The translations under genes and the position numbers were made by a program. 64,000 bases of DNA from Flavitalea sp. Its GTDB lineage: Bacteria; Bacteroidota; Bacteroidia; Chitinophagales; Chitinophagaceae. The stretch lies in contig DATLDR010000243.1 in the NCBI GenBank assembly GCA_035525775.1, forward strand, positions 1,587 to 65,586, read 5' to 3'. The notes under the pieces are model-generated. The model saw nothing but the letters and a program-made list of their open reading frames with translations. It ran no database searches and was not told the origin of the DNA. Shown here piece by piece: positions 47,698 through 56,021 of the stretch (its first letter is position 1; every line of letters begins with the position of its first letter).

Positions 47698-48138
47698 ATG
47701 CGAGGTGTAAACAGGGTAATGTTGATTGGCAATCTGGGCAGGGATCCCGATGTACAACATCTTGAAGGAAATATAGCCGTTGCGAAATTTCCGTTGGCAA
47801 CAACGGAAACTTTTAAAGACAGGGCAGGTAAATTAATCTCTCAAACCGAGTGGCATACAGTAGTATTGTGGAGAGGGTTGGCAGAACTGGCGCAGAAGTA
47901 TTTACACAAAGGAAGCCTCGTGTACATTGAAGGAAGGCTTCGCACAAGGAGTTGGGAAGATAAAGAAGGGAATAAAAAATTTGCCACAGAAGTAGTAGGT
48001 GACAACCTTATTATGTTGGATAAAAGAACAGATGCTCCTCATGGACATCCTGGCGGGCATGCGGGAAGTGAAGGTATTGAAGGCTTCAACCCTGAAATAC
48101 CGCCTTTGGGAGATGCATCTGAAAATCTTCCTTTTTAG
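47698..48138 (+). CDS. ssb: Single-stranded DNA-binding protein
   Basis: OB fold (MRGVNRVMLIGNLGRDPDV...TEWH.VV.W....E......KGS.VYIEGRL..R.WEDK.G) and a C-terminal acidic tip ending in PF. Confidence 0.95.
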   Translation: MRGVNRVMLIGNLGRDPDVQHLEGNIAVAKFPLATTETFKDRAGKLISQTEWHTVVLWRGLAELAQKYLHKGSLVYIEGRLRTRSWEDKEGNKKFATEVVGDNLIMLDKRTDAPHGHPGGHAGSEGIEGFNPEIPPLGDASENLPF

Positions 48139-48231
48139 AAAACTCATCACTATTAAGCTTTATTGTGAACGGTATTAATTGAATTTCTGAATCCCGATCA
48201 TTCTTATATTTTTGCAATGGTTTTTTAAAAG

Positions 48232-48253
48232 GGCAGGCCGATGACCTGCCTTT
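48232..48253 (+). terminator. Possible weak hairpin between ssb and gldE
   Basis: GGCAGG-CCGATGA-CCTGCC followed by only TTT, and it abuts the gldE ATG. It could be a partial terminator or a translation-initiation structure. Confidence 0.25.
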
Positions 48254-49618
48254 ATGATTACGAAACAATTTGACTTGGAGAATCAGTTATTGTTAAGTGT
48301 TTTATTCGACTTGTTTTATCCTTTGTTCCTGGCGACCAATACCCAGGCAACAGTCATACTGGCATTAACGGTAATAGTTCTGCTGATCCTTTCTTTTTTT
48401 ATATCGGGTGCAGAAGTAGCATTTTTCTCATTAACCTATCGCGATGTAAATCTCCTGAAAACAAAACAGGATACCGGCTGGAAAAGAATCGCCAACCTGC
48501 TTGAAGAGCCAAAAACTTTGCTGGCTTCCCTGATGATCGCCAATAGTCTCGTAAAAATCGCATTGATCATTCTCCTGAATGTACTCATCGATGAGATTCA
48601 CATTATTAATGAAGTAATGTTTTGGGAACAGGTTGTTCTTCTCTCCATTAAAATAGTTTTTATCACGTCGCTTATCGTTCTTTTCGGTGAAATACTTCCC
48701 AAAGTCAGGGCTACCCAGAACAACCTTCGCTTCGCTTATGAAGCTTCTTACCTTGTAGAAATTCTCTATTACCTTTTTAACAGGATCGCTACACGGCTCA
48801 TGAATATGTCTGACAGAATTGAAAGATTCATGGGGGGAAGAGTGTCGCGGGCATATTCCCAGCAGCAGCTGGAAGCAGCAATAAAGTCAACAGTGACAGA
48901 AGAAGATGAACAGCGTATCCTTACGGGCATTTATAAATTTGGCGACATCACAGTAAAACAGATCATGAGCACACGCCTGGATGTGAGCGGCATTGATCAC
49001 AACCTTTCTTTCGGTGATGTGAAAAAAAGAGTTGAAGAACTTCATTATTCAAGGCTTCCAGTTTATAAAGGTAGTCTCGATGACATCATTGGTATCATCC
49101 ATACCAAGGATCTGCTCCTGTATCTGAATGAGCCGGATACCTTTAACTGGCACTCTGTGCTGAGAACCCCATATTTTGTTCATGAGCAGAAATACATAGA
49201 AGATCTGCTGAAAGAGTTTCAGACTAAACGGATTCATTTTGCTGTAGTAGTGGATGAATTTGGCGGCACAAGCGGCATTGTTACGCTTGAAGACATCCTT
49301 GAAGAGATCATCGGAGAAATCAAAGATGAATTTGATGAAGAAGAATCATCATTTAAAAAGATTGATGAAAACACTTTTATTTTTGAAGGCGGTATCATGG
49401 TTAATGATGTGGCCAGCATTATGAGCCTTCCTTCCGACACCTTTGATTCAGTTAAAGGAGAAAGCGATTCCCTTGCTGGCCTGATTCTTGAAATTGCGGG
49501 GCAGATACCTATGGTAAATGATACGGTAAGAATTGGTGATTTTGAATTTGTAATCCTTGAAGTCGAAAGAAACCGTATCAAAAAAGTAAAAGTGACCGTG
49601 AACAGGCATGAAGACTAG
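48254..49618 (+). CDS. gldE: Gliding-motility-associated GldE (CNNM/DUF21 + CBS pair + CorC/HlyC domain)
   Basis: DUF21 TM region (FFISGAEVAFFSL), a CBS pair and a CorC_HlyC C-terminus. The mutY-ssb-gldE-gldD gene order is as I recall it in Flavobacterium, from memory only and not checked. Confidence 0.85.
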   Translation: MITKQFDLENQLLLSVLFDLFYPLFLATNTQATVILALTVIVLLILSFFISGAEVAFFSLTYRDVNLLKTKQDTGWKRIANLLEEPKTLLASLMIANSLVKIALIILLNVLIDEIHIINEVMFWEQVVLLSIKIVFITSLIVLFGEILPKVRATQNNLRFAYEASYLVEILYYLFNRIATRLMNMSDRIERFMGGRVSRAYSQQQLEAAIKSTVTEEDEQRILTGIYKFGDITVKQIMSTRLDVSGIDHNLSFGDVKKRVEELHYSRLPVYKGSLDDIIGIIHTKDLLLYLNEPDTFNWHSVLRTPYFVHEQKYIEDLLKEFQTKRIHFAVVVDEFGGTSGIVTLEDILEEIIGEIKDEFDEEESSFKKIDENTFIFEGGIMVNDVASIMSLPSDTFDSVKGESDSLAGLILEIAGQIPMVNDTVRIGDFEFVILEVERNRIKKVKVTVNRHED

Positions 49619-50192
49619 ATGCATAATATTTTTTCTTTTGCTCGTAGCCTGTTATGCCTGCAATAGCGATTATACAATAAGGCAGAGAGGGTATTTCAGA
49701 ATAGATCTTCCTGAACACATGTATGTGAGCTTCGATAAACCCGGTTATCCCTACAGTTTCGAATATCCTTCCTATTCTACTATTGTAAAGGATTCAACAT
49801 TTTTCGAAGACCACCCTGAGAATCCATATTGGATCAATATTGAATTTCCGTCTTTGAATGGCAGGATCTACATGAGCTATAAGGAAATCCGCAAAAATAA
49901 TTTCAACAAGCTGGTTGATGATGCATTTAAACTTACCTACAAACACAGTACAAAAGCAACAGGCATAAAAGATTCACTTATGCGCACGCCAAATGGCATT
50001 ACAGGAATATTTTTTAAAGTTGGTGGCAATGCTGCAACAGCCCGGCAGTTCTTTGTGACCGACTCTACAAATCATTTCCTTCGCGGAGCGCTGTATTTTG
50101 ATTCCACGCCAAATGCAGATTCGTTAGGCATTGTCAATGATTTTCTGGAGACAGATATGAAACACCTGATCAACTCTCTAAGGTGGAAATGA
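49608..50192 (+). CDS. gldD: Gliding motility lipoprotein GldD
   Basis: Lipobox (LLLVACYAC) and GldD-like sequence (RQRGYFRIDLPEH.Y..F....YPYSFEYPSY). It overlaps the gldE 3' end by 11 nt. Confidence 0.8.
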   Translation: MKTRCIIFFLLLVACYACNSDYTIRQRGYFRIDLPEHMYVSFDKPGYPYSFEYPSYSTIVKDSTFFEDHPENPYWINIEFPSLNGRIYMSYKEIRKNNFNKLVDDAFKLTYKHSTKATGIKDSLMRTPNGITGIFFKVGGNAATARQFFVTDSTNHFLRGALYFDSTPNADSLGIVNDFLETDMKHLINSLRWK

Positions 50193-51098
50193 ATTGAGTA
50201 CAATACAGCTCCTGAACTTCCTGACCATACCTTCCATGTTAAAAATTTGCGTCATTACAATATAGATTCCTGACGGTAAAAGTTTACCGTAATCATCATA
50301 TCCATCCCAAATAAATCTGTTCGTTGTTCCAAGCAATTCATTTTTTAACAAATACCTGATCCGTCTTCCGGTAACGTCATATATAACAGCATTTGCAAGT
50401 GAGCCCCGTTCGTTTAGGTGAATGCTGATTGTTGCATAATCATCATACCCATCATTGTTGGGTGAAAACATTTTAGGGAGAACCGACATTACTGCTGTTC
50501 CTGTGTCATTCGGCCTGTATTGAGAATTAATGGATCCCGGCGTTCCATATCCTGAAGAGGAAGATGCGGAAGTCCAGTTGTTTTTATCCTGCGAAGCCAG
50601 TTCAAAATTTATTCTTTCCAGTGCAACGCCCTGAGCGTCATCTATCATTCTGAAATGCCAGTCTTCGCTGTACCTCACTTCATCTATAACAAGTGAATCG
50701 CTTTTTCTTAATAGCAGCACAACCCCCTCATCATCAGGAAATGAGGGCATTGATGTGAGCTGTACTATAATTACGGATGCAGGCACCCAATAATTTTGCC
50801 TCAGCCATTTTTCATTGGCTGTAAGAATGAACAAAGCACCCGGATCGAGTCTAAGCAAGTCTTTTGAAATAATTCTGACATTCGCTATTTCATCAGCACC
50901 ATTCTTATTGGCGATGGCAAGTTCATTAAGATATACTGCACCGGTACTTCTGTTTATTCCTTCAACATAATCGAAACCGTCTTTAGAAGGATTAAAAAGA
51001 ATTTCATTAATGATCACATCATTGGGCATTACCAGTTGCGCGCCTGCAGCAGTTACCGGCAACAGCAGCAGCATCAGGCATTTGATTAAAATATTCAT
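50178..51098 (-). CDS. Secreted lamin-tail-domain-like protein with a gliding-motility/T9SS-type C-terminal domain
   Basis: Signal peptide, an LTD-like VIINEILFNPSKDGFDYVEGINRS...L, and a C-terminal FSPNNDGYDDY...IYDVTGRRI...W.G.D..G..LPSGIYIV pattern resembling CHU_C / type-B sorting domains. Confidence 0.5.
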   Translation of the reverse strand: MNILIKCLMLLLLPVTAAGAQLVMPNDVIINEILFNPSKDGFDYVEGINRSTGAVYLNELAIANKNGADEIANVRIISKDLLRLDPGALFILTANEKWLRQNYWVPASVIIVQLTSMPSFPDDEGVVLLLRKSDSLVIDEVRYSEDWHFRMIDDAQGVALERINFELASQDKNNWTSASSSSGYGTPGSINSQYRPNDTGTAVMSVLPKMFSPNNDGYDDYATISIHLNERGSLANAVIYDVTGRRIRYLLKNELLGTTNRFIWDGYDDYGKLLPSGIYIVMTQIFNMEGMVRKFRSCIVLNSFPP

Positions 51099-51174
51099 GT
51101 GGTAAAAATCAATATCCGTGGGTTGTTGAGCAAGTGTAAATCACTCAGTTGCTGAAAGAAAAAAACATTATTTT

Positions 51175-51205
51175 TTGGTTTAATTAGTTTTAGCGGTTAA
51201 TTTTG
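51175..51205 (+). promoter_or_regulatory. Candidate Bacteroidota-type promoter for the asd leader
   Basis: TTG at 51175-51177 and TAATTTTG at 51198-51205, which matches TAnnTTTG, with 20-nt spacing. The predicted transcription start is at about 51211-51213. Confidence 0.4.
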
Positions 51206-51212
51206 AATCTTC

Positions 51213-51269
51213 ATGCGGATAATGAAAAATACAAAACGTACAAAGAAGCACTTTCTACCGGAAGGCTAA
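51213..51269 (+). CDS. Candidate leader peptide MRIMKNTKRTKKHFLPEG (or MKNTKRTKKHFLPEG from the in-frame ATG at 51222)
   Basis: Short ORF directly downstream of the candidate promoter. Six of the eight codons after the second Met are Lys or Thr. Its stop codon (51267-51269) abuts the alternative pairing arm at 51260-51266. Confidence 0.4.
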   Translation: MRIMKNTKRTKKHFLPEG

Positions 51270-51327
51270 AAGTATTTTTGTATTCTTAAAAATATACGGC
51301 CTTCCTAAACAGGAAGGCTTTTTTATT
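51260..51327 (+). promoter_or_regulatory. Candidate attenuator with mutually exclusive antiterminator and terminator helices
   Basis: GGAAGGC (51260-51266) and GGAAGGC (51312-51318) can each pair with GCCTTCC (51299-51305). The upstream pairing is extended by GTATTTTT (51272-51279) with AAAAATAC-like sequence (51290-51297). Confidence 0.5.
51299..51327 (+). terminator. Intrinsic terminator 41 nt upstream of the asd start codon
   Basis: GCCTTCC-TAAACA-GGAAGGC, a perfect 7-bp GC-rich stem, followed by TTTTTTATT. No plus-strand gene lies upstream for it to terminate. Confidence 0.6.
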
Positions 51328-51367
51328 ATTAATCAAAACCACCTCTAAAGGGAGGACAAAAGGATCC

Positions 51368-52378
51368 ATGAAAGTTGCAGTAGTAGGTGCCACAGGACTT
51401 GTAGGAACGAAAATGTTACAGGTGCTGTCGGAAAGAAATTTTCCAGTGACAGAATTAATTCCAGTTGCTTCTGAAAGATCTGTAGGCAAAGAAATACTTT
51501 TCAAGGGTAAACCCTATAAGATCATAAGCATGGACGATGCGATAAAAGCAAAGCCAGATGTTGCAATTTTCTCAGCAGGTGGAGGCACATCGCTCGAATG
51601 GGCACCAAAGTTTGCTGAAGCAGGAATAACTGTTATAGATAATTCATCTGCCTGGCGCATGGACCCTTCAAAAAAACTTGTTGTTCCGGAGATCAATGCA
51701 GATGCTATAACACGCAATGATAAAATAATTGCGAATCCAAATTGCTCAACTATCCAGATGGTAGTGGCGTTAAATCCTCTTCATAAAAAATATAAGATAA
51801 AACGTATTGTTGTTTCAACTTACCAGAGTGTTACCGGAACAGGGAAAAAGGCTGTTGACCAACTTATGGGAGAGAGAAACAAAGCCCTCAAAGGTACTAA
51901 TGGAGAATACCCGATGGCTTATAAATACCCGATTGATCTTAATGTGATCCCGCAGATCGATGTGTTTCTGGACAATGGTTATACGAAGGAAGAAATGAAA
52001 ATGGTGAAAGAAACAAACAAGATCATGCGCGACGACAGCATACGCATTACGTCTACAACAGTTCGTATTCCTGTAATGGGCGGGCACAGTGAAAGTGTAA
52101 ATGTTGAATTTGAAAATGATTTTGATCTTGGTGATGTAAAGCAGTTGCTTAAAGATGCGCCCGGAGTAATAGTTGTGGACGATCCTGCTACACAGCAATA
52201 TCCTATGCCGATGGATGCACATGACAAAGATGAAGTATTCGTTGGCCGCCTCAGAAGAGATGAAAGTCAGCCGAACACATTGAACATGTGGATCGTCAGC
52301 GACAATTTAAGAAAGGGTGCGGCAACTAATGCAATTCAGATAGCAGAATATTGTGCAGAAAAAGGATTGCTGAATTAA
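51368..52378 (+). CDS. asd: Aspartate-semialdehyde dehydrogenase
   Basis: MKVAVVGATGLVG NAD(P)-binding fold, active-site region IIANPNCSTIQ, 336 aa. Confidence 0.95.
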   Translation: MKVAVVGATGLVGTKMLQVLSERNFPVTELIPVASERSVGKEILFKGKPYKIISMDDAIKAKPDVAIFSAGGGTSLEWAPKFAEAGITVIDNSSAWRMDPSKKLVVPEINADAITRNDKIIANPNCSTIQMVVALNPLHKKYKIKRIVVSTYQSVTGTGKKAVDQLMGERNKALKGTNGEYPMAYKYPIDLNVIPQIDVFLDNGYTKEEMKMVKETNKIMRDDSIRITSTTVRIPVMGGHSESVNVEFENDFDLGDVKQLLKDAPGVIVVDDPATQQYPMPMDAHDKDEVFVGRLRRDESQPNTLNMWIVSDNLRKGAATNAIQIAEYCAEKGLLN

Positions 52379-52936
52379 TCAGATCCTTGCCCAATTTTCC
52401 CCGCTTTTAATGCGGTACATGGTCATTTCGCTTACGCCGAATTTTTCGGCGAGCTTTTTAATGGTCACTTTCCGCCTGGAGTCGTCCAGCATTTTTTTAA
52501 TGCTGCGCACTTGCGTTGCATTCAGTTTCAGGCCTTCATTTCTGTTGGCCTGAACTTTTTTGTAAGCAATTTTTGCGGGGCTCTTCTGCTGATGTTCTAT
52601 CATCTCAGGTAGCGATGCCCATCTGAGATTTTTAACTGAGTTGTCAAGCTTGTTGTGATTGTTGTGAATCACATACTTCGCTTTTGCAGATGGTTTAGGT
52701 AGGAACAGCCTTGCGATTTCCCGATGAATGTACAATGTTCCATTGTCGCCGGGTCTGTGCAGATTCAATGTTCTGTAACCTGTAGTCAGAGACCCCTGTA
52801 ACAATTTTCCATCTGATTCAACATCTTCGGCAAAACTGGCAATCCGGCCTTGTGATGATAAAGCATATTTTTTCCTGAGGTGTTTCCACCCGTTGAATTG
52901 CAAAGGTTTCCAGATTTCACCTGTTACTTTTTTCAT
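52379..52936 (-). CDS. NUMOD4-motif / HNH (HNH_3, AP2-type) endonuclease-like protein with a C-terminal HTH
   Basis: NUMOD4-like EIWKPL...YALSSQGRIASF. VIHNNHNKLDNSVKNLRW aligns to the HNH_3 core (v.Hidgnk.nN...NLrW). The C-terminal HTH is TIKKLAEKFGVSEMTMYRIKSGENW. Confidence 0.7.
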   Translation of the reverse strand: MKKVTGEIWKPLQFNGWKHLRKKYALSSQGRIASFAEDVESDGKLLQGSLTTGYRTLNLHRPGDNGTLYIHREIARLFLPKPSAKAKYVIHNNHNKLDNSVKNLRWASLPEMIEHQQKSPAKIAYKKVQANRNEGLKLNATQVRSIKKMLDDSRRKVTIKKLAEKFGVSEMTMYRIKSGENWARI

Positions 52937-52984
52937 CTTTGCTTTTCTTTTGTATTAAAGTTAGTAAATACTAAAAACTTTACA

Positions 52985-55078
52985 TTATTTATTGATAAGC
53001 TTAATAAATTCATCTTCGGAGATAATCCTAACTGAAGCTATCTTTTTTGCTTTCTCTAGTTTTGAACCTGCATCTTCACCTGCTACAAGGTAATTCAATT
53101 TACTGCTCACACTGCCAACAAGTTTGCCGCCGTTCTTTTCAACCATTTCTTCGGCTTCACTTCGTTTTAAACCTGGTAAGCTTCCCGTAAAAAGAAATGT
53201 TTTCCCTGAAAGATTGCCCGTTTCTCCATGCTGTTTCTTTTTATTCACCAGGGATAGACCAAGTTTCTCCAGGTTTTCAAGCATTGCCGTATTGTCCTTA
53301 TTATTGAAGAACAGATATATACTGCCAGCTACCTTAGGTCCTATATCTTCCAATTCAAGAAAGTCATCTATGGTGAATTTTTTAAAGTCCATAATGTTAG
53401 ACACTGCATTGGCCAGTACTTTCGCTGTTGTTTCTCCCACATAACGGATGCCTAGCGCATATATCAACCTGTGAAGCGGTTGCGACTTTGATTTTTCGAT
53501 TGAAGCAGTGAGATTGTCAATGCTTTTTTGACCAAAACCCTCCAGTTCTTTTATTTTATCAAATGGCAAACGGTAGATGCCCGGCACATCACTGATATAA
53601 CGGAGATCATAAAATTTTTTGATCAGCGCATCGCCAAAGCCACGGATATCCATAGCATCCTTACTGGCAAAATGAATGATCCGTTCAACCACCTGGGCCG
53701 GACAGTTGATGTTGATGCATCGCCAGGCGGCCTCCCCTTCAGGTTTTACAAGCGGATCACCGCATGCGGGACAATTAACCGGGAATTTTATTTTTTTCTC
53801 CTGCCCTGATCTTGCATCGGCAAGGGATTTTACTATATATGGTATAACATCTCCGGCTCTTTCCACCAGCACTGTATCGCCGATCATAAGATCTTTCTCG
53901 CGAATCACCTCTTCATTGAACAGGGAAATTGAACCAACGACCACGCCTCCAATAGGTACCGGTTCAATTTTAGCGACCGGCGTAATGGAGCCTGTTCTGC
54001 CCACCTGGAAATCCACATTCAACAATTTACTTGTGGCTTGTCTCGCCTTGAATTTAAATGCTATCGCCCATCGCGGATGATGCGTGGTCATTCCCAGTTT
54101 GTCCTGTAGGTCGAGGTCGTTAACTTTAATCACCATGCCATCGATTTCATAAGGCAGCTCATCTCTTTTAACTTCAAACTCCCGGCAGTAGCTGATAACT
54201 TTCTCAATTCCCTTCACAACTTTTTTCTCTTTCTCAGGACTTCTGAATCCAAGGTTCCATAAAAGTTTCAATGAATCGCCATGCGTAGCAAGCTGTTGTG
54301 GTATTTCCTTTTTATTATGCAGCACGTAGCTCACATGGTATAAGAAAGCTTCAAGATTACGCCGTTTAACCTCCATCGGATCTTTGATCCGTAATGAGCC
54401 GGCTGCTGCATTCCTTGGGTTTGCAAGGGGAGGAATGTTTTGTGAAGCCAGCCAGTCATTATATTTTTTAAAGTTTGCTTTTGTAAGCAACACTTCACCA
54501 CGTATCTCAATCTGCTGAATTCCATATTTGGAAAATTGTGCTGAAAGTGGAACGGATCTTACCTGTTTTATATTGGTAGTGATCTCATCTCCTTCTATTC
54601 CATCACCACGTGTGATACCTCTTAATAAATGGTCATTTTCATAAACAAGTGAAATGCTTGCGCCATCGAATTTCGGCTCTACACAGTATTCTATATTATC
54701 CATCCCTGCCATTTCCCTTGCCTTCCTGTCCCAGTCACGCAGGTCTTCTTCGTTATATGAATTTTCGAGCGATAGCATGGGCACCAGGTGCGGAACAGTA
54801 TAAAATTCTTTCGTGAGGGCAGTGGCTACCCGCTGTGTTGGTGAATCAGGCGTGATGAGAGAAGGATATTCTGATTCCAGCTTCTCAAGTGCTTTATACA
54901 GCAGGTCGTATTCACCATCGGATATCAGGGGATCGACCTCAATATAATATCGATACTCATGAAACCTGAGAACCTGTCTCAGCTCTTCAATCTGCGAGAT
55001 CTTGAAACCTTTTTTTGCAGCAGATAAAAGTGTGCGCGTCCTGATTTCCAGGTCTGTTACTTCTTCTTTCAGATACAT
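52985..55078 (-). CDS. ligA: NAD-dependent DNA ligase
   Basis: Adenylation motif (CVEPKFDGASISL), zinc finger (CPACGDPLVKPEGEAAWRCININCPAQ), HhH repeats and a BRCT domain. 697 aa. Confidence 0.97.
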   Translation of the reverse strand: MYLKEEVTDLEIRTRTLLSAAKKGFKISQIEELRQVLRFHEYRYYIEVDPLISDGEYDLLYKALEKLESEYPSLITPDSPTQRVATALTKEFYTVPHLVPMLSLENSYNEEDLRDWDRKAREMAGMDNIEYCVEPKFDGASISLVYENDHLLRGITRGDGIEGDEITTNIKQVRSVPLSAQFSKYGIQQIEIRGEVLLTKANFKKYNDWLASQNIPPLANPRNAAAGSLRIKDPMEVKRRNLEAFLYHVSYVLHNKKEIPQQLATHGDSLKLLWNLGFRSPEKEKKVVKGIEKVISYCREFEVKRDELPYEIDGMVIKVNDLDLQDKLGMTTHHPRWAIAFKFKARQATSKLLNVDFQVGRTGSITPVAKIEPVPIGGVVVGSISLFNEEVIREKDLMIGDTVLVERAGDVIPYIVKSLADARSGQEKKIKFPVNCPACGDPLVKPEGEAAWRCININCPAQVVERIIHFASKDAMDIRGFGDALIKKFYDLRYISDVPGIYRLPFDKIKELEGFGQKSIDNLTASIEKSKSQPLHRLIYALGIRYVGETTAKVLANAVSNIMDFKKFTIDDFLELEDIGPKVAGSIYLFFNNKDNTAMLENLEKLGLSLVNKKKQHGETGNLSGKTFLFTGSLPGLKRSEAEEMVEKNGGKLVGSVSSKLNYLVAGEDAGSKLEKAKKIASVRIISEDEFIKLINK

Positions 55079-55129
55079 AAAATATTTTCTACCAGTTGCA
55101 AATTACTTTTATCCCTCTAATTTTACCTT

Positions 55130-55855
55130 ATGGCCACTTCCCATCGGTTAAACATGCTTTCACCGTCTGCCCAGAATACACATTTTCTGAAGGCGATGGT
55201 TTCAGCTGATTGTGTGATCTTCGGATTCTCAGATAACGAACTTAAAGTTTTACTTATCAAATCAGATCTTGAAGTATATAAAGATAAATGGTCGCTGCTG
55301 GGCGACCTTTTGCGTCCCGATGAAGATCTTGAAAGCGCATCGTACCGGGTACTGAAGGAACGTACAGGTCTAAGCGATGTTTATCTGGAACAGGTTAGTA
55401 CATTCAGCAGTATCGACCGGCATCCGGGTGGAAGGGTGATCACTACCGCATATTATTCACTCGTAAATATTAAAGACCACCAGTTAAAACTTTCTCATAA
55501 TGAATTACACTGGCACCCTGTTAATGATGTAGCCAACCTAGCGTTCGATCATGATAAAATTTTGCAGACATGCCTTGAAAGACTAAGAGAACAGATACTG
55601 GAACAGCCGATCGTGTTCAACCTTCTGCCCGAAAAATTCTCACTCCGCGAATTGCAGGCACTTTATGAAGCTATATTAAATACAAAGATGGATAGAAGAA
55701 ATTTCAGGAAGAAGTTCTTTCTTATGGATTGGCTTATAGACCTCGACGAGCTCGAGAGTGATGTTTCTCACCGGCCAGGTAAACTGTACAGGTTTAATAC
55801 CGTTCATCTGAAAGACCTTAAAACAGCTGAAATATACAGTTCAGCAATAGAATAA
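55130..55855 (+). CDS. Nudix-family (NrtR/AraR-type) transcriptional regulator with a degenerate Nudix box
   Basis: Nudix fold whose box GDLLRPDEDLESASYRVLKERTGL lacks part of the REx2EE catalytic signature. A C-terminal winged-helix region follows (..FSLRELQALYEAILNTKMDRRNFRKKF..). It sits directly upstream of susC/susD. Confidence 0.72.
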   Translation: MATSHRLNMLSPSAQNTHFLKAMVSADCVIFGFSDNELKVLLIKSDLEVYKDKWSLLGDLLRPDEDLESASYRVLKERTGLSDVYLEQVSTFSSIDRHPGGRVITTAYYSLVNIKDHQLKLSHNELHWHPVNDVANLAFDHDKILQTCLERLREQILEQPIVFNLLPEKFSLRELQALYEAILNTKMDRRNFRKKFFLMDWLIDLDELESDVSHRPGKLYRFNTVHLKDLKTAEIYSSAIE

Positions 55856-55954
55856 TATTATCGGCACAGTGCAGCATAGCATAACCTTAGTGTGTCTTTA
55901 CTAAGACGTTAAATAAAAATTAATTTTCATAGTAATTGATTTTTTATCTAAAAT

Positions 55955-55971
55955 TGTGTAATAGTTACACA
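55955..55971. promoter_or_regulatory. Perfect 17-bp palindrome, candidate operator upstream of susC
   Basis: TGTGTAA-TAG-TTACACA, located 51 nt upstream of the susC ATG (56022) and 100 nt downstream of the regulator's stop codon. Confidence 0.4.
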
Positions 55972-56021
55972 TTTGTGATCAGGGTGGCTTCTTGTTTTAT
56001 TCATCATTAACGAACTGCAGT

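Noticed and set aside
51099-51367. Possible lysine (L-box) riboswitch or T-box upstream of asd
   Set aside because: The leader between the candidate promoter and the terminator is only about 115 nt. I could not see the multi-helix conserved core of the lysine riboswitch or a T-box specifier/antiterminator bulge. The mini-ORF with alternative helices explains the structure better.
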